Shown: positions 48,084-58,025, numbered from the stretch's first letter. The stretch is 64,000 bases of DNA from Eubacteriales bacterium (GCA_045541455.1 JAZQJA010000058.1:115-64114); one strand, 5' to 3'. Numbers and translations: made by a program. Notes: generated by a model not told the origin, from the sequence alone.

Positions 48084-49411
48084 TATTGCACACCGCCTTT
48101 CGCTTTTTTAATACCGTAAAACCATGTGTTTGTATTGAAAATATTGAAATTTGTAAGCGACTTGAGCATAAGTTTCGAGCAGATGATGCCAAGGCCGAAA
48201 TTCATAATTATACCGATAAGCAGGGTGTAACCGAATGAAAGCATTGAACCTGTGCCAAATATGAGCAAAAGAATTGCTACGATACCGGTAGTGATGTTGC
48301 AGTCCATAACAGCTTGGAACGCTCTGCTAAATCCACCGGCCACGGCGCCTTTAATTGTTTTATTATTCCTTAATTCATCTTTAATTGTTTCAGATATTAT
48401 GATATTTGAATCAACACTCATACCAATTGCAAGAATGATACCGGCAATACCGGGAAGGGTCATTGTAAGGCCAAGGGTTGAGAAAATAAGGAGCTGTCCT
48501 GCAATTTGTAATACAAGGTTTATACATGCAACCAATCCAGGTAGTCTATAGTATAAGAACATAAATAGACATATGATAACAAAAGCAATTATTCCTGCGT
48601 TAACCATTACATTTAAAGCGCCTTCACCAAGATTTGCACTTATAGAACTAAAGTTTGTAGAAGTCAAACTGAAGGGGAGAGCACCTGCACTAATTTTTGA
48701 AGCAAGATCTCTAACCTCTGTAGCAGTGAAGTTTCCGGAAATCTGAGCTTTGCCATCTGTGATTTCTTCTTCAACAGTAGGATAGCTGATTAAGGTGTCA
48801 TCCATATAGATACCAATCATTTCTCCGATGTGCGATTTTGTTGCAGCAGCAAAAAGTTTTGCGCCTTCTTCATCAAATTCAAGAGAAACAAGGTATGTAC
48901 CGTTGTAATATCCAGCTTCAGCAGAGGCAATATTTGCACCTGTCAAGATTGCTTTGTCTTCAGCTTTAACAATTGTTTTACTCTCACTGTCTTCTTCAAC
49001 CAGCCAAAACGAGAGTTCTGCAGTTTCGCCGAGTTCCTCAATAGCAGCAGCAGGATCAAAATCCTTTTCATTTGCAGCCCACGGAAATTCAACAAGAATA
49101 TTACCGTTTTCATTATCCAGTGTAACATTTCTATCTAAAATGTTTTGACCGTCAAGACGTGTTTCAATAATTGTTCTTGCAGCTTCAAGTTGTTCTGCAG
49201 TAGGTTTTACATTTTCGTCCGCTGGTTTAAATGTAGCGCTGACACCGCCCTTGATGTCAATACCAAATCTGATATTCTTAACACTATTTATGTAGGTTTT
49301 GCCATTAATAGTGACACCAAAAGCAGCAAGTGCAGCAACTACAAAAATTAAAATCGCAACTACAAAAAACACGATTTTTTGTTTGTATGATGCTTTGCTT
49401 TTTCTCATCAT
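48083..49411 (-). CDS. secD: Protein translocase subunit SecD
   Basis: GIDIKGG, a large periplasmic-type loop, a C-terminal six-TM bundle, and a 1-nt overlap with secF. Confidence 0.92.
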   Translation of the reverse strand: MMRKSKASYKQKIVFFVVAILIFVVAALAAFGVTINGKTYINSVKNIRFGIDIKGGVSATFKPADENVKPTAEQLEAARTIIETRLDGQNILDRNVTLDNENGNILVEFPWAANEKDFDPAAAIEELGETAELSFWLVEEDSESKTIVKAEDKAILTGANIASAEAGYYNGTYLVSLEFDEEGAKLFAAATKSHIGEMIGIYMDDTLISYPTVEEEITDGKAQISGNFTATEVRDLASKISAGALPFSLTSTNFSSISANLGEGALNVMVNAGIIAFVIICLFMFLYYRLPGLVACINLVLQIAGQLLIFSTLGLTMTLPGIAGIILAIGMSVDSNIIISETIKDELRNNKTIKGAVAGGFSRAFQAVMDCNITTGIVAILLLIFGTGSMLSFGYTLLIGIIMNFGLGIICSKLMLKSLTNFNIFNTNTWFYGIKKAKGGVQ

Positions 49412-49515
49412 AAACCTCCTTGAAATTGGGAATAACTCGTTAGAGTTATAAAAATTGTATATTTAAATATAAATATATTAGATATACCTAAATATTATAT
49501 ATTCACAGAGAGAAA

Positions 49516-50343
49516 ATGTCAATTACTATGAAGATATTTATTGTAACTTTAAGTAGAAAATTAGTATTAATTAAACATATATTATTTGGGATATTAATCG
49601 GAATATCGGTTATAGTTCCAGGCTTAAGCGGTGGCACGACTGCACTTATGCTTGGAATATATTCTGATATAATAGATTTTGCTGATAATTTGTTGATTGA
49701 TTTTAAAAAATCGTTTAAATTTTTCACTCCTTTGATAGCTGGCGCGGTTATAGGCATTGGCTTTATATCTTTTCCATTGCGATTTATTCTTGACAGATTT
49801 AGTCTTGAATTCAGCTTTTTTGTAATAGGTATTATTTTAGGGAGCATTTCGTTGTTTACAAATTCAATTTTTAAATCTCCAATTAAAAATTTTCTTTGTA
49901 TATCAGCAGGAATTATAATATGTTTTTTACTTGATAGTTTCTATGAAAATTCTTATGTATATAACGATAGTACTATTGTGTTGCTTTTAATAGGATTGTT
50001 GAGTGCAATAGCATTGATTTTGCCTGGGATAAGCTTGTCTTATATTCTGATTGCATTTGATTATTATGAAAAAATCATTTTAGCAATAACTAATCTAGAC
50101 ATTTTGTTTTTACTTAAGTTCGGTGCTAGTATTTTACTCTCAACTGTTTTGATAATTAAAATTTTGAATAAACTTTATAAAAAATACCCAATATCAATTA
50201 ATATGTTGATATTGGGTATGGTAATTGGTTCTATAAGGCAAGTGTTTATAAGATTTCCAAGCAGTAATGAACTTTTAGTTTGTATATTGGTTTTTAGCTT
50301 AGGTATAATAGTTTCATTTACGCTTTCCTTTGTTAAAGAATGA
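49516..50343 (+). CDS. DUF368-family polytopic membrane protein (the family recently linked to undecaprenyl-phosphate recycling)
   Basis: VPGLSGGTTALMLGIY and a second LPGISLSYIL repeat are characteristic of DUF368. Confidence 0.7.
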   Translation: MSITMKIFIVTLSRKLVLIKHILFGILIGISVIVPGLSGGTTALMLGIYSDIIDFADNLLIDFKKSFKFFTPLIAGAVIGIGFISFPLRFILDRFSLEFSFFVIGIILGSISLFTNSIFKSPIKNFLCISAGIIICFLLDSFYENSYVYNDSTIVLLLIGLLSAIALILPGISLSYILIAFDYYEKIILAITNLDILFLLKFGASILLSTVLIIKILNKLYKKYPISINMLILGMVIGSIRQVFIRFPSSNELLVCILVFSLGIIVSFTLSFVKE

Positions 50344-50958
50344 ACAAACTGTGTTAAGTGAGCAACTATCACATTGAGGCGTACGAGCAGAGCATACGGC
50401 ACGACCGTGATGGACAAAATTATGACATAGTTTTGTTTGATGTTGGGACGGTATAATTCTTTTAAGTGTTTTTTCAACCATTTCGGGATTTGTACTGTTT
50501 TTAACCAGTCCTAATCTGTTACTGAGTCTTATACAATGTGTATCAGCAATAATTGCGGGCTTGTTAAAGATATCTCCGCAAATTAAATTGGCAGTTTTTC
50601 GACCAACTCCCGAAAGTTTTGTAAGGTCCTCTATTGTGTCCGGGAGATTTCCGTTAAAGTCGTTTAAAATTTGATTTGACATTTCAATTATACTTTTAGC
50701 TTTGCCTCTATAAAAGCCGCACGATTTTACCAGTTTGCAAACATCTTCAAAATCTGCATTTGCAAATTCCTCTAAGCTTTTATATTTGTCAAACAAGGCA
50801 GGAGTAACCTTATTTACTCTCTCATCTGTACATTGAGCAGACAGCCTTGTTGCAATTAAAAGTTCATATGGTTTTGTGTAATTGAGTGAGCATTTAGCTT
50901 CTGGGTAAAGTGAATTTAATTCATTAATTATAAATTCAATTTTAGCTTTCTGAGTCAT
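50314..50958 (-). CDS. nth: Endonuclease III
   Basis: HhH-GPD motif (LSGVGRKTANLI), catalytic Lys/Asp region, and a C-terminal 4Fe-4S cluster loop Cx6Cx2Cx5C. Confidence 0.92.
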   Translation of the reverse strand: MTQKAKIEFIINELNSLYPEAKCSLNYTKPYELLIATRLSAQCTDERVNKVTPALFDKYKSLEEFANADFEDVCKLVKSCGFYRGKAKSIIEMSNQILNDFNGNLPDTIEDLTKLSGVGRKTANLICGDIFNKPAIIADTHCIRLSNRLGLVKNSTNPEMVEKTLKRIIPSQHQTKLCHNFVHHGRAVCSARTPQCDSCSLNTVCSFFNKGKRK

Positions 50959-52204
50959 TTTTTATCTTTCTCCAGTATTCTTCAGTAGCTTTTTCAAATT
51001 TATTATTTCCATAATTATAGTAAATGTTATCCTTAATATCGTTTGGCAGATACTGTTGTTTGACATAATTGTTTTTATAATTATGAGGATATTTATAATC
51101 TATACCATGGCCTAGTTTTGAAGCGCCATTATAATGAGAATCACGCAATGTAGTGGGTATGTAAATACCTTTGCCATTTCTCACATCTTCGAGAGCAGCG
51201 TCTATACCACATATTGCACTGTTCGATTTTGGAGCTGTAGCAAGTAAAATAACGGCTTGAGCCAGCGGAATTCGTGCTTCGGGAAAACCCAGCATCATGG
51301 CACTGTCAATACATGATTTTACTATTGTAATTGCATTTGGATAGGCAAGACCGATGTCCTCACATGCAATTACAAGCAAGCGTCTGCAAATTGATGGTAA
51401 ATCACCGGATTCAACAAGTTTTGCAAGATAATGTAGGGAGGCGTTTTCATCTGATCCTCTAATTGACTTTTGAAATGCTGAGAGAATGTCATAATGCACA
51501 TCACCGTCTCGGTCATATTTCATAGAGCTTTTTTGTGCGCATTGCTTGACTATATCGGTTGTGATTTCAGTATTATCTATTGAATGAATTGCAAGCAACT
51601 CTACACAATTTATAGCTTTGCGTACATCTCCACCGCAACTTGAACATAGAAAATCTAAAGCTTCAGAAGTAATATTAATATCTATGTTATTTTCGCTTTT
51701 TACAATTTTTATAGCTCTGTTTACAGCTTTTTTGATTTCTTCTTTTGATACAGGCTTAAATTCAAATACTGTGCAACGAGATAAAATAGCGTTATATATG
51801 TAAAAATAAGGATTTTCTGTTGTAGAAGCAATAAGGGTAATTTTTCCGTTTTCGATAAATTCAAGCAATGACTGCTGTTGACGTTTGTTAAAGTATTGGA
51901 TTTCATCAAGATATAAGAGTATTCCGTTGGGGGCTGTGAATTGATTGCAGTCATTAATAATGTCTTTAATATCACTTATTGATGCTGTTGTGGCATTCAA
52001 TTTATATAATTTTCTATCACTTTGAGCAGCAATTATATTGGCTAGTGTCGTTTTTCCACAACCGCTGGGCCCGTAAAAGATCATATTCGGAATATTCTTA
52101 CTTTTAACTATACTGTAAAGTATAGAACCTTTACACAAAAGATGGCGTTGACCGACGATATCTTCTAGCGATTTTGGACGTATTGAGTCTGATAGTGGGT
52201 TCAT
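50942..52204 (-). CDS. rarA: Replication-associated recombination protein A (AAA+ ATPase)
   Basis: Walker A GPSGCGKTT, LYLDEIQYFNKRQQ, and the MgsA C-terminal domain. Confidence 0.92.
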   Translation of the reverse strand: MNPLSDSIRPKSLEDIVGQRHLLCKGSILYSIVKSKNIPNMIFYGPSGCGKTTLANIIAAQSDRKLYKLNATTASISDIKDIINDCNQFTAPNGILLYLDEIQYFNKRQQQSLLEFIENGKITLIASTTENPYFYIYNAILSRCTVFEFKPVSKEEIKKAVNRAIKIVKSENNIDINITSEALDFLCSSCGGDVRKAINCVELLAIHSIDNTEITTDIVKQCAQKSSMKYDRDGDVHYDILSAFQKSIRGSDENASLHYLAKLVESGDLPSICRRLLVIACEDIGLAYPNAITIVKSCIDSAMMLGFPEARIPLAQAVILLATAPKSNSAICGIDAALEDVRNGKGIYIPTTLRDSHYNGASKLGHGIDYKYPHNYKNNYVKQQYLPNDIKDNIYYNYGNNKFEKATEEYWRKIKNDSES

Positions 52205-52341
52205 AATTTACTCCAAATTTAAAATTTATAAACATTATAACAATTATTAGCTTTTAATTCAATAGTTTTAATAGATTGAATATTGACAGTTTGTGCATTT
52301 GAATGTAAAATGTTATGTATATTAATCCGGAGGTTGTATTA

Positions 52342-53166
52342 ATGAACGAAGTTGAAAAAAGAGAACTTCAAACTGTCGCAAATAAAATAAGAATCGACAT
52401 TTTGGAAGAGGTACATAGTGCTAAATCCGGTCATCCCGGTGGTTCGTTATCTATAGCAGATATAATTACATATCTGTATTTTAAAGAGATGAACATTAAC
52501 CCTGAAAAACCTGATATGTTTGATAGGGATAGATTTGTTCTTTCAAAGGGACACACTTGTCCTGCTCTTTATGCTGCTTTAGCTGAACGGGGATATTTTG
52601 ATCGTTCTTTGCTTAAAACTTTTAGAAAAATAGATAGTATTTTACAAGGTCATCCCGATATGAAAAAAATCCCCGGCGTGGATATGTCGAGTGGTTCACT
52701 AGGACAGGGTATATCTGCCGCTTGTGGTATGGCACTTACTGCAAAACTTGAAAACAGAGATTTCAGAGTCTATTCAATTCTTGGAGACGGAGAAATTGAA
52801 GAAGGACAAGTTTGGGAGGCATTTATGTTTGCTTCTCATTATAATCTTTCTAATCTCTGTGTAATAATTGATAGAAATGGTTTGCAAATAGATGGAAAAT
52901 GTGAGGATGTAATGTCCTCAGCTCCGTTAGAGTCTAAAATGCAAGCATTTGGATTTAATGTTATTACTATAGATGCGCATAATTTTGATGATATTGAAAC
53001 AGCATTTTTGTCAGCACGTAATGAAAAAAACAAACCAACAGTCATTATTGCTGATTCAATCAAAGGCAAAGGTGTTTCTTTTATGGAAAACTGTGTTTCA
53101 TGGCATGGTTCTGCTCCTAATGATGAGCAGTATGAAATTGCTTTAAAGGAACTCAAGGAGGTATAA
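52342..53166 (+). CDS. Transketolase, N-terminal (TPP pyrophosphate-binding) subunit
   Basis: SGHPGGSLS and GDGEIEEG TPP-binding motif. The ATG at 52342 follows ggagg. Confidence 0.9.
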   Translation: MNEVEKRELQTVANKIRIDILEEVHSAKSGHPGGSLSIADIITYLYFKEMNINPEKPDMFDRDRFVLSKGHTCPALYAALAERGYFDRSLLKTFRKIDSILQGHPDMKKIPGVDMSSGSLGQGISAACGMALTAKLENRDFRVYSILGDGEIEEGQVWEAFMFASHYNLSNLCVIIDRNGLQIDGKCEDVMSSAPLESKMQAFGFNVITIDAHNFDDIETAFLSARNEKNKPTVIIADSIKGKGVSFMENCVSWHGSAPNDEQYEIALKELKEV

Positions 53167-53171
53167 TTGTA

Positions 53172-54107
53172 ATGGTTAAAGAGGCTACAAGAGAAAGTTA
53201 TGGCAAAGCTCTTGCTGAGTTTGCTGAACAGTATGATTTATATGTTCTTGATGCTGATCTTTCTGAAGCAACAAAAACTAAGATTTTTGCAGATAAATAT
53301 CCGGAAAGATTTATAGAATGTGGCATTGCCGAAGCTAATATGATGACTGTTGCTGCCGGAATGGCTGCTTGTGGTAAAACAGTATTTGCAAGTTCTTTTG
53401 CAATGTTTGCAGCAGGCAGGGCATTTGAACAGATTAGAAATTCAATCGGTTATCCTCATCTCAATGTTAAAATTGGTGCAACGCATGCTGGATTAAGTGT
53501 TGGTGAAGACGGCGCAACACATCAGTGTAATGAAGATATTGCACTTATGCGTACGATACCTGGTATGGTTATTATTAATCCTGCTGATCCTATCGAAGCA
53601 AGACTTGCAGTTAGAGCTGCAGCAGAACATAAAGGACCTGTTTATCTCCGCTTTGGAAGAATGCCGGTTGAACAAATTCTTTCGGATGATTACAAATTTG
53701 AGATAGGTAAGGGCGTTGTTCTTAAGTATGGTTGTGATGTTGCTATTATTGCAACGGGACTAATGGTTGGTGAGGCTCTTAAAGCAGCTGATGTTCTTTC
53801 CTCAAATGGTGTTGATGCTGCTGTTATTAATATGTCATCAATCAAGCCTATTGATAAGGATATGATTTTAGAATATGCTAATAAATGCGGTGCAATCGTT
53901 ACGACTGAAGAACATTCTGTGATTGGCGGACTGGGTTCTGCTGTTTGTGAAGTTGTTTGTGAGAACATTTGCTGTCCTGTTGTAAGACATGGCGTTGATG
54001 ACAAGTTTGGTAAGAGTGCAGCCGCTTTGAAAGTATTAGAGCATTACGGACTTAATGCAGAAGGCATTGTAGATAAAGTTAATTTTGCTTTGTCGCTCAA
54101 AAAGTGA
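53172..54107 (+). CDS. Transketolase, C-terminal (pyrimidine-binding) subunit
   Basis: FIECGIAEANM and GATHQ motifs, 311 aa, adjacent to the N-terminal subunit. Confidence 0.9.
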   Translation: MVKEATRESYGKALAEFAEQYDLYVLDADLSEATKTKIFADKYPERFIECGIAEANMMTVAAGMAACGKTVFASSFAMFAAGRAFEQIRNSIGYPHLNVKIGATHAGLSVGEDGATHQCNEDIALMRTIPGMVIINPADPIEARLAVRAAAEHKGPVYLRFGRMPVEQILSDDYKFEIGKGVVLKYGCDVAIIATGLMVGEALKAADVLSSNGVDAAVINMSSIKPIDKDMILEYANKCGAIVTTEEHSVIGGLGSAVCEVVCENICCPVVRHGVDDKFGKSAAALKVLEHYGLNAEGIVDKVNFALSLKK

Positions 54108-54134
54108 TTTTTGCAGCCCTATAGGCTGCAATAT

Positions 54135-54210
54135 GGGCTTATAGCTCAGTTGGTAGAGCGATGCGTTCGCAACGCATAGGTCAGGGGTTCAAATCCCCTT
54201 AAGTCCACCA
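54135..54210 (+). tRNA. tRNA-Ala (anticodon CGC)
   Basis: G3:U70 identity pair in acceptor stem gggctta/taagtcc, anticodon loop ttCGCaa, encoded CCA. Confidence 0.9.
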
Positions 54211-54334
54211 GCGGCAAACTGCCACACCCAATCCGTCCGAGTTTGTGCAAATCTAAATTTTGTACCTTAAGACATAAGTTTGGCGCTGTGTGGCGTGCCC
54301 ATCATTTTAGGTGATAAAAACCGAAAATTGACCA

Positions 54335-54372
54335 AACCCGTAAGGATACTACCTTATGGGTTTGTATTTTGA
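54335..54372 (+). terminator. Terminator-like hairpin immediately upstream of the ychF ribosome-binding site
   Basis: 12-bp stem aaacccgtaagg/ccttatgggttt with loop atacta, followed by gtatttt. It ends 7 nt before the ychF SD. Confidence 0.5.
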
Positions 54373-54390
54373 TAATTAAGGAGAAAAATA

Positions 54391-55485
54391 ATGAAGCTTG
54401 GTATTGTAGGTCTTCCAAACGTGGGAAAGAGTACTTTGTTTAATGCAATAACTAATTCAGAGGCGCAGTCAGAAAATTATCCTTTTTGCACAATTGAACC
54501 CAATGTTGGTGTCGTTTGTGTACCTGATAAAAGACTTGATGTATTGACTAAAATGAGCAATTCTAAAAAAACAGTTCCTGCAGTAATTGAATTTGTTGAT
54601 ATTGCAGGACTTGTAAAGGGCGCATCAAAAGGAGAGGGACTTGGTAATAAGTTTCTATCAAACATTCGCGAAGTTGATGCGATTGTCCATGTTGTTAGAT
54701 GTTTTGAAGATGAAAACATTGTTCACGTTGATGGTTCTATTAATCCTTTGCGAGATATTGAGACTATTAATCTTGAATTGATATTTGCAGACCTTGAAAC
54801 AATAGATAAGCACATTGACAGAGCAAGAAAATTATTAAAAGGTGATAAAAAGTATCAAACAGATGTAAATCTATTTGAAAAAATAAAATTGGCTTTGGAA
54901 GATGGAAAGTTTGCAAATTCAGTGGATTTTTCTGATGATGAACATGAAATTATGAAAACAGTTCAACTTTTAACTAATAAGCCTGTTATTTATGCATGCA
55001 ATGTTAGTGAAAGCGATTTTGAAGACGGTGTTTCTATCAACAAAAATGTTGGTGTTGTTGAGCAAAAGGCGAAAACTGAAAAAGCAGAAGTATTGACAAT
55101 CTGTGCTCAAATTGAGCAAGAAATCAGCGAACTAGATGATGAAGAAAAAGCAATGTTTCTTGAAGAACTTGGTTTTGAAAGTAGCGGTTTGGATAGACTT
55201 ATAGCTAAATGTTATTCTTTGTTAAATTTAATTAGTTATATAACAACAGGCGAAATGGAAACAAAGGCTTGGACAATTACAAAGGGAACTAAAGCTCCTC
55301 AGGCGGCTGGTAAAATTCATACCGATTTTGAACGAGGTTTTATAAGAGCAGAGGTGGTTTCGTATGATGCTCTTGTTGATTGCGGATCTATGGTAGCAGC
55401 CAAAGAGAAAGGCTTAGTTCGTAGTGAAGGCAAAGAATATGTAATGCAAGACGGTGACGTTGTTTTATTTAGATTTAATGTTTAA
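54391..55485 (+). CDS. ychF: Ribosome-binding ATPase YchF
   Basis: [17 protein letters not shown]-loop, DIAGLV, a coiled-coil insert, and a TGS-like C-terminus. Confidence 0.95.
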   Translation: MKLGIVGLPNVGKSTLFNAITNSEAQSENYPFCTIEPNVGVVCVPDKRLDVLTKMSNSKKTVPAVIEFVDIAGLVKGASKGEGLGNKFLSNIREVDAIVHVVRCFEDENIVHVDGSINPLRDIETINLELIFADLETIDKHIDRARKLLKGDKKYQTDVNLFEKIKLALEDGKFANSVDFSDDEHEIMKTVQLLTNKPVIYACNVSESDFEDGVSINKNVGVVEQKAKTEKAEVLTICAQIEQEISELDDEEKAMFLEELGFESSGLDRLIAKCYSLLNLISYITTGEMETKAWTITKGTKAPQAAGKIHTDFERGFIRAEVVSYDALVDCGSMVAAKEKGLVRSEGKEYVMQDGDVVLFRFNV

Positions 55486-55487
55486 AA

Positions 55488-55523
55488 AATAAAAGCTGTA
55501 CTTAAGTACAGCTTTTATTTTTT
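55488..55523. terminator. Bidirectional terminator (ychF on + and the mini-ORF on -)
   Basis: aaaataaaagctgtact/taagtacagcttttatttttt palindromic hairpin. Confidence 0.75.
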
Positions 55524-55529
55524 AAGAAA

Positions 55530-55616
55530 TTAATCGTTGCAGCAGAGAAGGATAAGAATAGCGATAACTATAATCCAGCAGCAGTTGTCTTCACCAAACA
55601 AATTCTTGATACACAT
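55530..55616 (-). CDS. Untracked 28-codon mini-ORF encoding MCIKNLFGEDNCCWIIVIAILILLCCND, a Cys-flanked single-TM peptide
   Basis: My own reverse-complement translation. The ATG is preceded by GAGGTG with 7-nt spacing. The stop abuts the bidirectional terminator. The TM core has a CC pair on each side. Confidence 0.45.
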   Translation of the reverse strand: MCIKNLFGEDNCCWIIVIAILILLCCND

Positions 55617-55673
55617 TTTGTTTCACCTCACACATTGGATTCAATATATCCTATGTGATCAATCGACATTGTG

Positions 55674-55934
55674 TTACATAACAAAGTTTATAAGTATTAA
55701 ATAAGTTATTACTAAAAATATAGCACTTGCTGTTATAATCGAAATAGTTTTAATAGTGTTTCTTTTAGGTCTATTGTTATGTCTATTTGTGTTTTTTATA
55801 ATTCTTTTACATTCATTAAGCAAATCAGGTTCGTGAACTTTTGCTCCATCTTTTAAAATGAAAATTGCTTCTTCAAAAATTTTACTATCCGGATTTTTAA
55901 TTATGACTATCTGTTTTCCTACACCCTTTATCAT
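55674..55934 (-). CDS. Hypothetical 86-aa protein with a C-terminal TM anchor, just downstream of spoIIE
   Basis: SD aagga lies 7 nt upstream. Soluble N-terminal domain (GKQIVIIKNPDSKIFEEAIFILKDG), a basic linker, and one C-terminal TM helix. Confidence 0.55.
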   Translation of the reverse strand: MIKGVGKQIVIIKNPDSKIFEEAIFILKDGAKVHEPDLLNECKRIIKNTNRHNNRPKRNTIKTISIITASAIFLVITYLILINFVM

Positions 55935-55985
55935 ATCTTTATCCTTAAAATGTATTTTAGATTATTTTAACTATGCCGTGGAATA

Positions 55986-57920
55986 TTATACATTATTTCT
56001 TTGTTTTATTCGTGCAATCATAATACTTATGTCGTCATCTAATTCCAAAGGTGTCTCTTTTACTGCACAATCCATTAATTGTTTTGTGAGTAATTCTATA
56101 TCTGTTCGATCGTTAATTAATAATCGTGCTTGAATTTTATCAATAACATTTGCTATTCCATCTGAAAACATTGCTATTAAATCGTTATCTTCAAGTTGAA
56201 TTGTTGTTTGTTCAAAGGATATGTTGTTAGTTAGACCTGGAGGGTACCCGCCTGAGTTAATAGTTATTAATTGATTTCCTCGCACAATATAACTCAAGTA
56301 AGCTCCGCATTTTATAAATTGTGCCGTTGCTGTGTCAAGGGATATACAACATAAATCAACTGTAGAAAATCCAATCTCGTCTTTTATTAGAGAAATTGAT
56401 GAATTAGCAATCTTAATTGATTGCTTTGGACTGATACCTGATTTTAGGAGTTTTTTTATTATATTTATAGTATCATTGCTTTTGCAAAATGCTTGTTTTC
56501 CGCTACCCATTCCGTCTGTAAGTATTAAATTGTATTCTGATTGAGGTGATTTAAATGCCGTTACACAATCACCGCATATGTTTTCTCCTTTTTTAGCTTT
56601 GAATAATGCGAAGCATTCTACTTTATATATTTCACTTTGCTCAAATTTTATTTTATATGTATCATTATTATTGATGTTTTCACTTACAATAAAATTTTTA
56701 TCAGTAATAGATATTAGTTTTCTTTGTATGCTAATAATGGGTAAATTTTTTTCGGTTTTATATTCTAAAGCAATAATTTGTTTGTTATTACCATTATAGA
56801 AGTTAGAAATTTGTATATCTCTGCAACCGTTTGAAAACAGATATTTTTTAAATTTGCTTTCGATTTCTATATTAAATACAGGTCTTAGAGTTGTGTCTTC
56901 AATTTTATTTAATAATTCAAAAGCATGTTTTAAGTATGTTTCGCAAATTTCATTGTTATTTTGATGTGTTTTTTTACTGTTTACATTTTGTATTACAACA
57001 AATTTTGATAAGAAATTTGAGAACTTTTGTTTTGGAACAAAATAATAAAATATAGCAGAAATCAATGGTGATAGCGCCATTGATAAATTCGTAAGTGTCA
57101 AACCATTAAGACTAAATAATGTTATGTATGGAATGTAAAAAGAAGGAACCAAGTATTTCTTTTCAAACTTAGAAATAATAGTTGATATTAATATCGGTAC
57201 ATACAGTATTAACATAAAATATTCTAAATTAGAACGCATAAGTGATAGTGCTATACATAAGGGCAAAGTAAATAATGCAGTTGTTTTTTGTTCTAAATAG
57301 TGTATGGAAATGAAAAAGATAGTAAATACCAAAATCATTGATACAGAAAAGCTGTAAATATAGTATTGATCAACGGCATATAAAATAACTAATAATGTAA
57401 TATAAAATGAAATTATATCCTGTGAATTAAGTTTTGATTTTCTTAAAAAAGCATCTGTAAAGTATTTACCAAAAAAAGTAATACAAGTACAAAAAACAGC
57501 TTCACATAGAACTAGTAAAGAGTTGGTTATGCTCAGGTCGTTAGCAAATAAAAAAAGTATACCTACAGAAAACGATATAAATCCGGTCAATAATGGAGAG
57601 TAAATTTTGTTTTTATAGTTTTTTGATCCAACAATAAGTGTTATGGTTAGCATAATTGTATTTGCACATATATATTTGAAATTATGTATAGAAAACACCT
57701 TTGTTAAAAATCCCAAAAATGAGCCGAGATATACAAATATTACCGAAAGATTAATAAAAGGTGTAAAAGATAAAAGAGACAATGAAAATGGAGAAAACTC
57801 TCCATTAAAATCAGCCTTTGAAATAATAAATCCAATTGTAAATGAAAATATATGATTTAATAGTTTATAACCAATATTTTCTATTGCGTATAGTTTTTTT
57901 GTAAGTTGTAATTTTTCCAT
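55986..57920 (-). CDS. spoIIE: Stage II sporulation protein E (membrane PP2C phosphatase)
   Basis: About ten N-terminal TM segments and a C-terminal PP2C domain (GDCV...LTDGMGSG...FSDG). SD ggagga. Confidence 0.88.
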   Translation of the reverse strand: MEKLQLTKKLYAIENIGYKLLNHIFSFTIGFIISKADFNGEFSPFSLSLLSFTPFINLSVIFVYLGSFLGFLTKVFSIHNFKYICANTIMLTITLIVGSKNYKNKIYSPLLTGFISFSVGILFLFANDLSITNSLLVLCEAVFCTCITFFGKYFTDAFLRKSKLNSQDIISFYITLLVILYAVDQYYIYSFSVSMILVFTIFFISIHYLEQKTTALFTLPLCIALSLMRSNLEYFMLILYVPILISTIISKFEKKYLVPSFYIPYITLFSLNGLTLTNLSMALSPLISAIFYYFVPKQKFSNFLSKFVVIQNVNSKKTHQNNNEICETYLKHAFELLNKIEDTTLRPVFNIEIESKFKKYLFSNGCRDIQISNFYNGNNKQIIALEYKTEKNLPIISIQRKLISITDKNFIVSENINNNDTYKIKFEQSEIYKVECFALFKAKKGENICGDCVTAFKSPQSEYNLILTDGMGSGKQAFCKSNDTINIIKKLLKSGISPKQSIKIANSSISLIKDEIGFSTVDLCCISLDTATAQFIKCGAYLSYIVRGNQLITINSGGYPPGLTNNISFEQTTIQLEDNDLIAMFSDGIANVIDKIQARLLINDRTDIELLTKQLMDCAVKETPLELDDDISIMIARIKQRNNV

Positions 57921-57989
57921 ATCTTCCTCCGTTGAGTTTTAATTCTAACATCGAAATAATATAGAAAATGTCATAAAATGAATTCATAA

Positions 57990-58021
57990 TAAAAAACACC
58001 TTGCAATTTGCAAGGTGTTTT
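57990..58021 (-). terminator. Intrinsic terminator after dapB (minus strand)
   Basis: caccttgca-att-tgcaaggtg, with a T-run on the minus strand. Confidence 0.7.
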
Positions 58022-58025
58022 AAAA

